Counted from the first letter of the stretch, positions 43,145-56,881 are shown. The stretch: 64,000 nucleotides of DNA from Octopus vulgaris (GCA_951406725.2 OX597834.1:37076001-37140000), one strand, 5' to 3'. Notes: a model not told the origin generated them from the letters alone. Program-made: numbers and translations.

Positions 43145-43184
43145 TAACAACAAACAAGATGAGGACAAAATTTTAGTTTCATTT

Positions 43185-43545
43185 TATTTTATCTAGTTTC
43201 AACTTACGAGCTGTGGCCATGCTGGGGCACCGCCATTTGGTGTTGCTACATGATTTTACTTCACGAATGCTTTTTAGCAATTGCCATTTGGTACATGAGA
43301 GAGTTCGATGCAGCTGCCCTCATCTGCACCTCCTGCCGTGAAGTTCGTTCATCTGGGACACCTGACAGAAAGAGATCCAGTTTTATTTTAAAGACATCTG
43401 CATCCACCCCATGCAGGTCTCTCAGGTTCTTCGGGAGGATATTGAAGAACTGTGGGCCTCTGAAGCCCAGGCTATCACAGTATCTTGTCCTACATCTTGA
43501 TGGCAAATTTGGAGTCCTTGGCACTATGCAGTGGCGCCCAGTATA
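43185..43545 (-). mobile_element. CR1-like LINE 3' end
   Basis: SLGFRGPQFFNILPKNLRDL...FKIKLDLFLSGVPDE; a related plus-strand copy lies at 60230-60450. Confidence 0.8.
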
Positions 43546-44038
43546 AATAATGTACATAATTCCTCATCTCTTAAATATAGAACATTATGGCCAGTTACTT
43601 AAGTTTTGTTATTTTTCTTTATTTTTGTTTGTATGGAATTCATTCTGTTGGTCTCTTTCGGCAAACCACTAAATTTCGAAGAGGTAAATAAACTAAGATT
43701 GGTTATCAAGCAATGTCGGGGGAGAAACACAGACACAAATTCTCATACACACACAAACATGAACATGAACACACACACGAACATATATACACGACGGGAT
43801 TCCACACAATTTCCGTCAAACAAATTCACTCACAAGGAATTGATCCTCCACGGATTACAGTAAAAGACATTTGCTGAAGGCACCGTGCAGTGTAATTGAA
43901 CCCGAAAGCATGTAGTTTCAAAGCAAACTTCCAAATCACACGGCCAAGACCACGCCCATTATTTAAATTATTTTAAGATCACCATTTCGTTTTTTTTTTT
44001 TCTTTCAGGTATAAGTATATCTAGGATTATATTTATTC

Positions 44039-44838
44039 AAGGCGGCGAGCTGGCAGAATCGCTAGCACGCTGGACGAAATGCTTGTGGTATTTCGCCTGT
44101 CTCTACGTTCTGAGTTCAAATTCCGCCTAGGTCGACTCTGCCTTTCATCCTTTCGGGGTCGATAAATTAATTACTTGTAAAACACTGTGGTCGATGCAAT
44201 TGATTAGTCCTCTCCTCCAAATTTCAGGCCTTGTGCCTATAGTAGAACGGGTTATATTTATTCAAGGTGTTCTTTTTTATTTTTAAGATAACAGGAAGTG
44301 ATGTGAGGGAGAATTACATGATGTTTCTGGAAGACTGAGAAACTAGATCGAGGCTCCATTTCGCGCTCTAAATAGAATTTCAATGCATACTGGAATATTT
44401 CTATCAACTGGTTCTTATCTTGATGTTTGTACTAACGAAGATCTTTCGTAATGGATGCATTCCTAATAATAAATTATGCAGACCTGAAACGCACGTATTA
44501 AATTATTTCAAACTACCACTACATGGCTTAACTGCACTTTGAAAACTTACATATATATAAAATTTCAATGTATATACTGAAATATGTATATATTGAAATA
44601 TTACCTATTTCTTTACTACCCCTAAGGGGCTAAGCACAGAGGAGACAAACAAGGTGAGATAAACGGATTAAGTCGATTACATCGACCCCAGTGCGTAACT
44701 GGTACTTAATTTATCGACCCCGAAAGGATGAAAGGCAAAGTCGACCTCGGCGGAATTTGAACTCAGAACGTAGCAGCAGCCGAAATACCGCTAAGCATTT
44801 TGCCCGGCGTGCTAACGTTTCTGCCAGCTCGCTGCCTT
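44039..44838. mobile_element. SINE family A copies (44039-44240 plus; 44603-44838 minus)
   Basis: Family A head and core. Confidence 0.8.
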
Positions 44839-44863
44839 TGAAATATTACCGTCAATTGGATCT

Positions 44864-44965
44864 TATTTTGAAATGTTTTAACTGAAGACGGTATTACGTA
44901 ATGGATGCATTTCCTATTGTATATTGAGCAGACCTGAAACGCTCGTATTAAATGATTTCAAAATA
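44864..44965 (+). ncRNA. Type I hammerhead ribozyme, right-arm copy
   Basis: CTGAAGA 44882-44888, 47-nt helix II region (GGT/ACC), GAAA 44936-44939, GTA 44945-44947, same extended helix I. Confidence 0.7.
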
Positions 44966-45175
44966 TTATTACTTGGTTTGACTTCATTATTTATGTAACA
45001 CTCAGATAACTTATATATGGTCGCTTGACCTTCTAAGAAATACGAATCCAATCTCCTTCAAACGGCACGCCATTTTAATCTGTGACCAAACTCTTCTAAA
45101 GACAGAATGTTCACAGAAAGAATACATTTGACCAAGTTATCTAACTCGATCTGAATCGGGCAGTGTTAAACAACG

Positions 45176-45283
45176 TCAGATCGTTGCTAACAAATAATAT
45201 AAATAGAAATATGAGATTACCAGTAAAACCACAACTAAGATCCCAACGAAGATTTCCAGACCAGCCAATTCTAACGGAGCCAT
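45176..45283 (-). CDS. Right-arm copy of the hydrophobic small ORF MAPLELAGLEIFVGILVVVLL(VISYFYLYYLLATI*)
   Basis: Two substitutions versus 15911-16018; splice signals retained (exon 45221-45342). Confidence 0.3.
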   Translation of the reverse strand: MAPLELAGLEIFVGILVVVLLVISYFYLYYLLATI

Positions 45284-45799
45284 GCTGAGCCAAAAAGGAA
45301 ACTACGCTAATCTAAAACGTAGCCAAATTCCGTATTCTTTATCTGACAAAAAAAAAACTGACAAACCTAAACGTAAACAAAATAAATAAATAAATACAAA
45401 TGTATTCGACTGTATAATGAATACAAAAGAAATAAATAAAGATATTCCATGAACTTAATGATCTGGCCGGAAAAAATTGTGCATATACATACTTACACAC
45501 ACGCACGCTCGCGCACACACACACACACACACACACTCATATATGCAAATATATACACATACACACAAATACGCACAATAATGATGATGATGATGATGAT
45601 GATGATATATCGACATATAGATGTCCTTCAGGAACGTGTCGTTCTTATGTCGGTTTTACTTGCTCTCTCTCTCTCTCTCTCTCCCTATATATATATTTAT
45701 ATATATATAAATGTATTCTAGTATTGGTATTTATGTGTTTTCGTGTATATGTGTGTGTATGTGTGCGCAAGACGATCTGTGTGCGTGTGTTTGAGCGTT

Positions 45800-45839
<40 letters not shown>

Positions 45840-46211
45840 CGTGTGTATACAACGGATATCCCTAACTTAATAATGGTGGTGGCATCTTACCAAGTTCTAG
45901 CGCCGGTCGTCCACTTCTCAACGAAACACAAAAACACTGTGGAACTGAATGGAAATCTCCTGTTGTTGTGAAGGGAGGCATATACACACACAACGAACGC
46001 ACATGTTTATGTATCCACATATAACCGTACTTCCATATACATATATATACATATGTATATATATACATAGGAGAAAGGGGTACGTTACGCCGCAATAATA
46101 TATGTATAAAAATTATATATAAAATTTACAAAAGGGGACAAGAACGCAAACCACACAAAGAGACGACGTTCTTGTCCCCTTTAGTAAATTTTATATATAA
46201 TTTTTATACAC

Positions 46212-46251
<40 letters not shown>

Positions 46252-46356
46252 TGATAAAAATGGTATGATAACAAAAGAAAGAAAGAGACCTCGATATTAT
46301 GTAAAATAGAGGAATTTATCTGTAAATATAATATGAGACTATTATTCGGTAGCCAT

Positions 46357-46417
46357 GATAAAACTCCGAGTTTCGGATGCCGAGGCGGAAATCCACGCCG
46401 CCATCTCTTCAGTTACC
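46357..46417 (-). ncRNA. Type I minimal hammerhead in a Penelope-like terminal repeat fragment
   Basis: Minus strand reads GGTAA-CTGAAGA-GATG...CATCC-GAAA-CTCGGAG-TT-TTATC; adjacent fold-back at 46413-46480. Confidence 0.7.
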
Positions 46418-46577
46418 CGGCCATTGAAAAATGCCATGAAATGCCATTTTTCCATGGCATTTTTTCCGATGGCCGGGTAAACACATTCATTTATATTTAC
46501 ACATACACACAGACACACACACACACACATATATGTATGTATACGTACATGCTTATTAGATATGTTAGATATGTATA

Positions 46578-46797
46578 TATTTCTTTACTACCCACAAGGG
46601 GCTAAACACAGAGAGGACAAACAAACGGATTAAGTCGATTATATCGACCCCAGTGCGTAACTGGTACTTATTTAATCGACCCCGAAAGGATGAAAGGTAA
46701 AGTCGACCTCGGCGGAATTTGAACTCACAATGTAGCGGCAGACGAAATACGGCTACGCATTTCGCCCGGCGTGCTAACGTCTCTGCCAGCTCGCCAT
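46578..46797 (-). mobile_element. SINE family A
   Basis: Family A core and head. Confidence 0.85.
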
Positions 46798-46817
46798 ATC
46801 TATGTTAGATATGTATA

Positions 46818-46886
<69 letters not shown>

Positions 46887-48016
46887 GTGTATGTGTGTGT
46901 GTGTAGTCGAATGCGTGCATATAAAATGCCACAGAAGATAATTTTTTAATTGTAGAAAATATCTCTGCTTCTAGCGAAGACACGTCAATCGCATGGTGGC
47001 ACTTGAGATAAAGAACAAGTGAGAAGGGGAGATAATCTTAAGATTCAAAAACATCACGCCATTAAAGAAAACACTGTCTGATAGTCTGGAGTAAATTGGA
47101 CAGCTATGGACACGCGTTTCTGCTTGAATAGGCATCATCATTGCATTACTTGTCATGGTTTATCTCCAGCTGAACGAGACACGCAAAGAAAAAAGTAGAA
47201 TTTATGGTCTAAAAATTAGGAACAACGAGATAAATTCGTGTATATTAAATAACAAAGAAGATATATTTTTTGATTTATTGAAATCATCTCCGTTTCCAGA
47301 AACAATGTGTGTGTATATATTTAGATTGGTGTGTGTGTGTGTGTATATATATATGCCGGTGGGTATGTGTGTGTTTATATGCATGGGTGCTTGTGTATGC
47401 GTTGTCATACTTGGTCAGACTCTCATTCACACCTTTATCTGTAATCTCTCCTCCTCTCTTTTCTCTCTCTCTCTCTTACTCAGGCTACCTGGTCCGTTTA
47501 TTCCAACCTTTTTTTTCCGTCTTCTCTCTTCATTCATTCGATCTCTCCCTCTCACTCACTCTCTGCTTTTTTTTCGTAACCGTCATCATCGTCATCATCA
47601 ATCATCATCATCGGCGTCGTCATCATCACCATTGTCGTCACCGTTGTCGTCGCCGTCGTCGTCGTCGTACTCCTCCTCCTCCTCCTCCTCCTCCTCCTCC
47701 TCCTCCTCATCGTCATCATCATCACCATCATCATCACCATCGGCGTCATCATAGCCGTTATCACCAGCACAATGATCAAAACATGAACTGCACTTCCCAG
47801 TATCATCACTATCATGAATACCCACTATCACTACCATCAGCACAATAGTCACCATCACCACCACCACCACCACCACCACCACTACAACCACTACAACCAC
47901 TACAACCACCGCGGCTGTCACCGCCGCTGCCGCTACCGCCGTCATCCCCTATATTCTTATATTTTGAAGAAAATGAATATCTCTGCGGAGGAGGACGGTA
48001 CAATACCAAGACGTAA

Positions 48017-48049
<33 letters not shown>

Positions 48050-48074
48050 GATGATGATGATGGTGGTGACGATA

Positions 48075-48128
<54 letters not shown>

Positions 48129-49923
48129 GTGATGGTGATGATAATGATGATGATGATGATGATTATGATGATGAAGATGATGATGATAATGATGATGATG
48201 GTGGTGGTGACGACGACGACGACGATGATGATGATGATGATGATGATGATGGTGGTGACGATAATGATGATGAGGAGGAGGAGGAGGAGGAGGAGAAGGA
48301 GAAGGAGGAGGAGGAGGAGGAGGAGGAGGAGGATGAATTAAACAACGATGACAGTATTGAGTTTGGAGGAAAAGAGAAGCACCATGTCGTTGGCGGTGGT
48401 GGCGTAGAGTGAAACACACCGCCAATTGGTGAAGGTAATATGACAATCACCACGTGATCATACAAGTGCTGACAATTTATTTATTGTAGGGAAACCGTTT
48501 GCTGACAATACAAATACACCATACAATTTACCGAAGATATATTGTATTCACTCAATTTCTTTTATTGGAAATAATTAAAATTTAATTAACAACCTTGATT
48601 CATTATCAGGATTTTGTTTCCCTATTTTTAATTTGAAAAGTTATTTTTTTTCTTTGTTTGTTTGTTTCTCTCATTAAATTTCGTTTTTCTTTTTCAGTTT
48701 TTGGATCTTCCATTCTGTATTGTTGATTATTGGGATATCGTTGTCATAAACACATGTACTTCCGGTTTTAGTAATGAATGATGCGAAATCCGATATAATA
48801 ACGCGGAAAGAAAAAACAGGAAGAGGAGAAGGGTTGATTGGGAGGCGAGGGCCCGAGGGGAGGCGGAGGAAGGAAGGAAGGAAGGAAGGAAGGAAGAGAG
48901 GAAGGAAGAGAGGAAGGAAGGAAGAGAGGAAGGAAGAGAGGATGAAGGAAGAAAGGAAGGAATGAAGGGAGGAAGGAAGGAAACAAAGAAGGAAAAAAAG
49001 AAGGACGAAGAACAACATGAAGATGAAGATGAAGAAAGAAAAAAGAGTAGGAGGAGGTTAAGAAAAAAAAAGAATAGGAAAAGACAGAGGAGAAAACAGG
49101 AAAGAGAAGTCGTTGTAGAAGGAAAAAGAGGAGGGGAGGAGGGGGAGGAGGAGGAAGAGAAGAAGAAGAAGAAGAAGAAGAAGAAGAAGAAGAAGAAGAA
49201 GACGAAGAAGAAGACGAAGAAGAAGAAGAAGAAGAAGAAGAAGAAGAAGAAGAAGAAGAAGAAGAAGAAGACGAAGAAGAAGAAGAAGAAGAAGAAGAAG
49301 AAGAAGAAGAAGACGAAGAAGAAGAAGAAGAAGAAGAAGAAGAAGAAGAAGAAGAAGAAGACGAGGAAGACGACGACGAAGAAGAAGAAGAAGAAGAAGA
49401 AGAAGACGAAGAAGAAGACGAGGAAGACGACGAAGATGAAGAAGAAGACGAAGAAGAAGGTTCTCAAAATGTTCATATGTATATATATATTTTTCTATTA
49501 TTATTTATTTGCTCATTGCGCTCCTTAATTGGTGCTCTCTTCAAATAAGTGTCCTGTCTGTAATATTCCAATTTACCAATAATCCTATCCGAGGCACATT
49601 CCAAGATAATTATTTTCCTGCAGAGTTTTATTTTATTTTATTTTATTTTATTTTTTTTTATTTTTCACTTTGCAATATTTGATCTCATTAAAAAACAATC
49701 GCCCCATTCCGATGCGAACAGACAAATAAATATGCACACAACAACAACAACAACAACAACAGCAACAACAGAGAGGATGGGGGAGGGGGAAACTACAGCA
49801 ATAATTACACACACATGCACATACACATATACAGAAGCAGATACAAAGACGCTTACATACACACGCGTGTATATATACATATACACACACACAAACATTT
49901 ACATACATACATATATATATGTA

Positions 49924-50007
<84 letters not shown>

Positions 50008-50010
<3 letters not shown>

Positions 50011-50284
50011 TAAGTAATTAAGGGTTTAGCAACGAATTGCCTCACCAACACACCGAATTTAGAAATAGCAGTCAAAGAGATATAGCTATTCCTTCTACTA
50101 AAAGGGGATCTCAGTAAAAACACAGCACTTGAAAGGCAAACACAGACAGGTTTGCCTTTCAAGTGCTGTGTTTTTACTGAGATCCCCCTTTTAGTAGAAG
50201 GAATAGCTATATCTCTTTGACTGCTATTTCTAAATTCGGTGTGTTGGTGAGGCAATTCGTTGCTAAACCCTTAATTACTTAGTA
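50008..50284. repeat. Near-perfect fold-back hairpin (~134-bp arms, 8-nt loop)
   Basis: 50008-50141 versus 50150-50284; I see only a 1-nt indel in a G/C run. Starts at (TA)n. Confidence 0.95.
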
Positions 50285-50385
50285 TTACTTAAATTTTCCT
50301 CGAATGGGGCTTTTACATGCCGAAATCTACTTGGTGTAATTGATAATTATCCCTAATTAATTAATTTCACCCTTTATTATTATTA

Positions 50386-50469
<84 letters not shown>

Positions 50470-50473
<4 letters not shown>

Positions 50474-50580
50474 CGTATATTTGCCATTTGAATATGGCTA
50501 ACCCCTAAGGGTGGATGCTACTGTAGTTTGTAGCATCCATCCTTAGGGTTAGCCATATTCAAATGGCAAATATACGTCAC
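50470..50580. repeat. Fold-back hairpin (~51-bp arms) adjoining (TA)n
   Basis: gtgacgtatatttgccatttgaatatggctaaccc... / ...gggttagccatattcaaatggcaaatatacgtcac. Confidence 0.9.
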
Positions 50581-50620
50581 GATGTGTTGCTGCTACTGTT
50601 TATAACTCACTCTGATATTT

Positions 50621-50660
<40 letters not shown>

Positions 50661-51027
50661 CCGGAGTAAACATATAAATGTAAAACAAGGTGGTAAAAAG
50701 AGTACTCAAATACCAGAGGTTGAGTAATATGCTTTATTTAAAAGAAGCAGAAATATATATATATAGAAATATTAAAATTACGAATTCTCTATAATAGAGA
50801 TTGCAGCAGCGTTTACTGGAAATTAATTGAAAAGGGGCAATACCCCGAAACGCGTCTGTAGCTGTCGGACTGGCAGTGTGAAGCGGCTGACCTCCCTTGT
50901 TCGAAGGTTATAATGGATACAGTTGTGTATCAATAGCTATCTTGATGGCAGTGGCTTCATGGAGCTGACCAGCAGCAGCGATTATTCTTATTTCTATAAG
51001 AATGCCATATTAATATGGCGATAACAA

Positions 51028-51074
<47 letters not shown>

Positions 51075-51079
51075 CACTA

Positions 51080-52130
51080 CTGTAAAAATTGTCAAATGTT
51101 GGAATCCGTGAAAAACTGCAACACTTGATTGAATATTTCCTGGAGAACAACACAACATATTTTAATCGGTGGAATTCACTCAAGCCCAGCAAAAGTCACC
51201 AGTGATCTCCCTCGGTGGGGTTGTCTTGGGTCCGTTTATCTTTGTAGTCTATATAAACGACATTTCAAGCGACATGAAACACAGAAAAGTGAAAATATTC
51301 GCTGATGACTCCAAGCTCCAGAAACTTATCAACAGAGAAGAAGACCGAACTGAACTCCAGTCTGATCAACATACTGTAAGTCAATGGGTGGACAAAAACA
51401 GAATGCAACTAAGCGATGGAAAATTTGAATTGATGTAATATTGAAAAAAACTACTATGCTAAAACAACCATATTCTCTTCCTTCACGGGCACCACTCATA
51501 GCATCTAATAATATCAGTGACCCAGGAATAACTGATGGCAACAATCTCAGCTGGAGTGCTCACATCATCAATGGAGAGCCCACATCAACAATAAATAGTT
51601 TATAGGATGAGCTCCAGGAACCTAAAATTTTCCAGTCCAGAGAACAAGGGGCTGTCATTCTTTTTGTCTCGTCCGTTGTACAGCCACGCCTCGAATACTG
51701 TGGTCTCCCCACACAAAATGAAATATTTCGAAAATTGAATCACGCCAGGGGTCATTCAATAAAAGAATTAAGGGCATAACTGAGCTCGATTATAGGGACC
51801 ACCTTAAAGCATTGAAACTATTCTCTCCAGCACAGCCTTGAGCGAACTCAACATTAGTTTCAGAATTCATACAAGACTAGGACCTCGGGCCATATACCCC
51901 TGCTCAATTCAGGATCACAACACATAAATACACTGCAACACAATTTCTGTCCCAAAACAGATCAAAGGGGAAAAGGATCCCATCGCCTTTAAACGGGATC
52001 TATGCAAATTTCTTCAAGGGATACTAGACAAGCAACCTATACAAGGATACAACTCACTCAACAAGAACTCCCTACTTGAATGGGCCATGATACCACAATA
52101 CGGGATTTAGCAAATCCTATCAGGTATTAA
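51080..52130 (+). mobile_element. Degenerate CR1-like LINE RT fragment
   Basis: GVVLGPFIFVVYINDI...VKIFADDSKLQKLI...LQSD...WVDKNRMQLS, then QPRLEYC; stops and frameshifts. Confidence 0.85.
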
Positions 52131-52204
52131 ATTAAACATGGGTCAACCTTTGAATGAACCATATCTAAATTATCTAAGTTAGACACACACACACACACAC
52201 ACAT

Positions 52205-52436
52205 ATTTCCTTTTTGCCCACAAGGGGCTAAACATAGAGAGGACAAACAAGGACAGACAAAGGGATTAAGTCGATTACATCGACCCCAGTACGTAACTGG
52301 TACTTTATTTATCGACCCCGAAAGGATGAAAGACAAAGTCGACCTCGGCGGAATTTGAACTCAGAACGTAACGGCAGACGAAATACGGCTACTCATTTCG
52401 CCCGGCGTGCTAACGTTTCTGCCAACACGCCGCCTT
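52205..52436 (-). mobile_element. SINE family A
   Basis: Full-length family A copy between (CA)n tracts. Confidence 0.85.
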
Positions 52437-52532
<96 letters not shown>

Positions 52533-52574
52533 ACATATATTCACATGTACAATGACGTGTGTTTATTTTATAAT

Positions 52575-52860
52575 TAGATGTCTATGTACTTAGTGAAAAG
52601 GGATGTATATCACACAAGTGCCACGAATCTCTGCAGAATGTGTGAGGAGAGGATCGAAAGCGCGACTCACATTGTTAGAGCTTGTGAAAGTCTTGCGCAG
52701 AAAGAGTACAAGCGCAGACACGACAGAGAAGCCCAAAACCTTCCCTGGCTACTATGCCGGAAGTTATGGATACGAGATAACGGGTGCTTGGTACCAACAT
52801 ACATCAGAAAAGGTAATGGACGAAAAGGGGAAGGCAAAAATCCTCTGGGACTTTTACTTC
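52575..52860 (+). mobile_element. R4/Dong-like LINE zinc-knuckle/RLE fragment
   Basis: CRMCEERIESATHIVRACESLAQKEYKRRHD ... (frameshift) WYQH...KAKILWDF. Confidence 0.85.
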
Positions 52861-53769
52861 CAGCTAAGCGTGTCGCCACGCTCCGATCACTTTACCTGCA
52901 AATATAGCGAATAAATTTAAGTTTGCCTTTGCCGTCACAAGCTGAAAGAAAATGTTTTTTTTTTTAAAGAAAATAAATGTAACGTGGAGTCAGAAAACCC
53001 ATGCTTACTGAAAATAAAAAATGACGGTGATCGAATCTGGCATAATTGGATTGAAAAGAATCCCAAATGGTATCCAGCAATTTTAGGGACATTTAGCTGA
53101 TATTACCAGAAGATCTAGCGAATAAATTCTTCCTCGTTGGCTTAATGCTATAGATATAAGTCAGCTTGGCGAAATCCAGCATTCTCAGAGATGAATAGCG
53201 GCAACACGGCAAAATCGAAATAGTTGTCACTCGAAATCTTCAAAAATGGACACATGTACTTGTCACAGATTTGGCTCATCATTATTTTCATTATCATCAA
53301 CATCATTACTATCATCATCATCATCAGCAGTAGCAGCAGCTAACCGTGTCGCCACGCTCCAAACACTTTACCTGCAAATATTTCCTAATCTCGTTCTGAA
53401 AAGACTAACTTAACACAGTTGCATGAATACAGCATTTTTTTAATTATTCTCCCTCCAACAGCTTTCAATTCGAAAGAAATGAAGAAATTGCAGATTTAAG
53501 CCAACACGTTGGGTGTTTGGTATTGAAATTACTGTTGGAAGAAAACAAAAAAAAGGAAACAACAGCAACAGCAACAACAGCATCGACAATAGATGATTGT
53601 GAGTAGAACAGAAACTATTCACAAACTCTAACTGGCAGATGAATTAGTTCAGCTCAGTTCGCTCCCCATTGAGACGAAACGAAGACGGGATTATCTCAAC
53701 CTGTCAACAGATATTGTCTGCTTGTTTACGTCTCTCTTCTTTTCATTCATTCAATTATTTTTATTCATG

Positions 53770-53770
53770 G

Positions 53771-53801
<31 letters not shown>

Positions 53802-54320
53802 TGTATGTATGTATGTAGGTATGTATGTATGTATGTATGTATGTATGCATGCATGCATGCATGTATGTATGTATGTATGTATGTATGTATGTATGTATGT
53901 ATGTATGCATATATGTATGTATGTATGTATGTATGTATATATGTATGTATGTATGTATGTATCTGTGTATGTATGTATGTATGTATGTATGTATGTGTGT
54001 GTATGTATGTATGTATGTATGTATGCATGTATGTGTGTATGTATGTATGTATGTATGTATGTATGTATGTATGTATGTATGTATGCATGCATGCATGCAT
54101 GCATGTATGTATGTATGTATGTATGTATGTATGTATCTGTGTATGTATGTATGTATGTATGAATGTATGTATGTATGTGTGTATGCATGCATGCATGTAT
54201 GTATGTATGTATGTATGTATGTATGTATGTATGTATGTATGAATGTATGTATGTATGTGTGTATGTATGTATGTATGTATGTATGTACGTATGTATGTAT
54301 GTATACGCACATGTATGCAT
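53770..54320. repeat. (TATG)n tetranucleotide array
   Basis: Direct reading; one of many (also 17880-18090, 32755-33190, 34200-35272). Confidence 0.95.
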
Positions 54321-54449
54321 ATATATTGTTGAAATTTACTGAAAAACAAAAGATGAAAATGTATACATATACATATATATATACATATTTATGTATGCTT
54401 GTGTGTGTTTATGTCTTTCTCTCTCTCTCTCTCTTACGATATGTATATG

Positions 54450-54487
<38 letters not shown>

Positions 54488-54792
54488 CATACAACCATAC
54501 ATACATACATACATACATACACACATACACACATACACACACACACGTCGTTTGTTGAGAAAAAAAAGAAATCACAATATATTGACTATATTCGGATATA
54601 GACACGCACACATAAGCATATGTGTGTGTGAGTGTATATATATATATGTATGTATGTACGTATATGTATATATACATATATATACATACATACATATATA
54701 TACATATATACACACACACACATATATATATATGTATGTGTGTGTGTATATATATATATATATGTATGTATGTATGCGTGTATATATATATG

Positions 54793-54844
<52 letters not shown>

Positions 54845-55197
54845 CTTCAATGCCTGTATGTATGCAATTATGTATAACATACATTTTGATGGACGGAGAC
54901 AAAAATGATTAGTGCTACATTTAAAATAAATATGAAATTATGAATAAGACGGTTAACCAAACTCACACAACAAAACCTCATCGCCACCACCACCACCACC
55001 ACCACCACCACCATCAATGACAATAACTGCAATAACAACAACGCTAATATATATTTCATTCTGATAGAAAATATCAACGTGCTTATACGAAACTTTGAAC
55101 AATACCGCATTGCCGCCATTGAAAAGCTTAATTTTGATATGATTACGAACTATGGCGATAAATCTCTCTCTCTCTTCTTCCTCCCCCTCTCTCTCTC

Positions 55198-55250
<53 letters not shown>

Positions 55251-55488
55251 CATATGCATACATACAAACATACATATGCATATATATATATAGATATATA
55301 TGTGCATGCGTGTGTGTGTGGGTGTGGGTGTGCGTGTGTGTGCGTCCATTTATTGCGGTACAGAGAAAAAAAAATGGACAGGTACATAGATCGATACGTC
55401 CATCAATCGGTCGATAGATAGCTACATAGACAGACAGACACACCGGCAGACAGACAGACACACAAAGAGACAGACAGACAGACATATG

Positions 55489-55543
<55 letters not shown>

Positions 55544-55561
55544 TGATAGATTGATAGATAA

Positions 55562-55606
<45 letters not shown>

Positions 55607-55779
55607 CAGACAGGCAGACAGACAGACAGATAGACAGACAGACAGACAGGCAGACAGATAGATAGATAGATAAATAGATTGATAGATAAATAGATAGATA
55701 GATAGATAGATAGACAGACAGGCAGACAGACAGATAAACAGACAGACAGACAGACAGGCAGACAAATAGATAGATAAAT

Positions 55780-55850
<71 letters not shown>

Positions 55851-56731
55851 CAGACAAACAGACAGACAGAGAGATAGACAGACAGACAGATAGATAGATA
55901 ATTGATAGATAGATAAATTGATAGCTAGATAGATAATTTATTTATGTATATATACATGCATTCATATTCTTTTATTTCTTTCCTGTTTTCAAAGATGGTA
56001 CTCTGACCACGCCGTGGAAGTTTCTTGGAATTTTTAATCAGTCATATCGATCTCTCGGATTTTTTTCAGTTTTATAGCCATTATCTAACTTTATTGATCT
56101 CACTGTGTTGAACATCTAACTTACAAGAAATGTAAAAATACAGATTGATGCATACTAAGCGATTCGTTCAATTTCCTTCTACAGTAATGGCCTTTCTGGA
56201 GGGATACCAGAACGAAGTTATCTACAAGAACACAGAACCTTGCTTCCCAATCATATGGTTCCGGATGTCTTCTTGTATAGTCCCAGACCGACCAATGCAC
56301 CGTGAGTCGATTTGGTAGACAGAATCTGAAAGAAGCCCGTCGTTGCTTCTCAATACATGGTCCAGTTTTCATCCCCACTGCTTGGACCGACTAAAGCCTA
56401 TGTACGCCTATGTACACCTACGAAATATTTATCTTATAGAATGGCAAAAAGAGGAAAGTAATCAATGTTTACATGAATGTTTTATTTATGCTGTGTTTTA
56501 GAAGGCATAAATTTATGTCCGGCTGAAGTAGATAAATACTTATTGTAATATCTATAATTTGCTTTGTTTCTCTGAGTCGCTCTAGCTACATGAAACACAT
56601 GCAATTATATATCACATCCATATACTTGAATGTAAATGTGTATATACATCGGTACATATATGTAACTATGTTCTTTATTCTTTAACTTGTTTCAGTCATT
56701 TGTCTGCAACCATGCTGGAACATTGCCTTTA

Positions 56732-56791
<60 letters not shown>

Positions 56792-56840
56792 TCATGCAGC
56801 CACAGAGCTATATATACATATACATATATATAAGTGTATG

Positions 56841-56881
<41 letters not shown>

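Larger units (their letters stand above)
39480..55410 (-). repeat. Right arm of large inverted segmental duplication
   Basis: Reverse complement of the blocks in 3480-21005, in reversed order. Confidence 0.9.

Noticed and set aside
51302-51335. CTGATGA...GAAA motif
   Set aside because: Simply the codons for RT ADDSKLQK; no helices.
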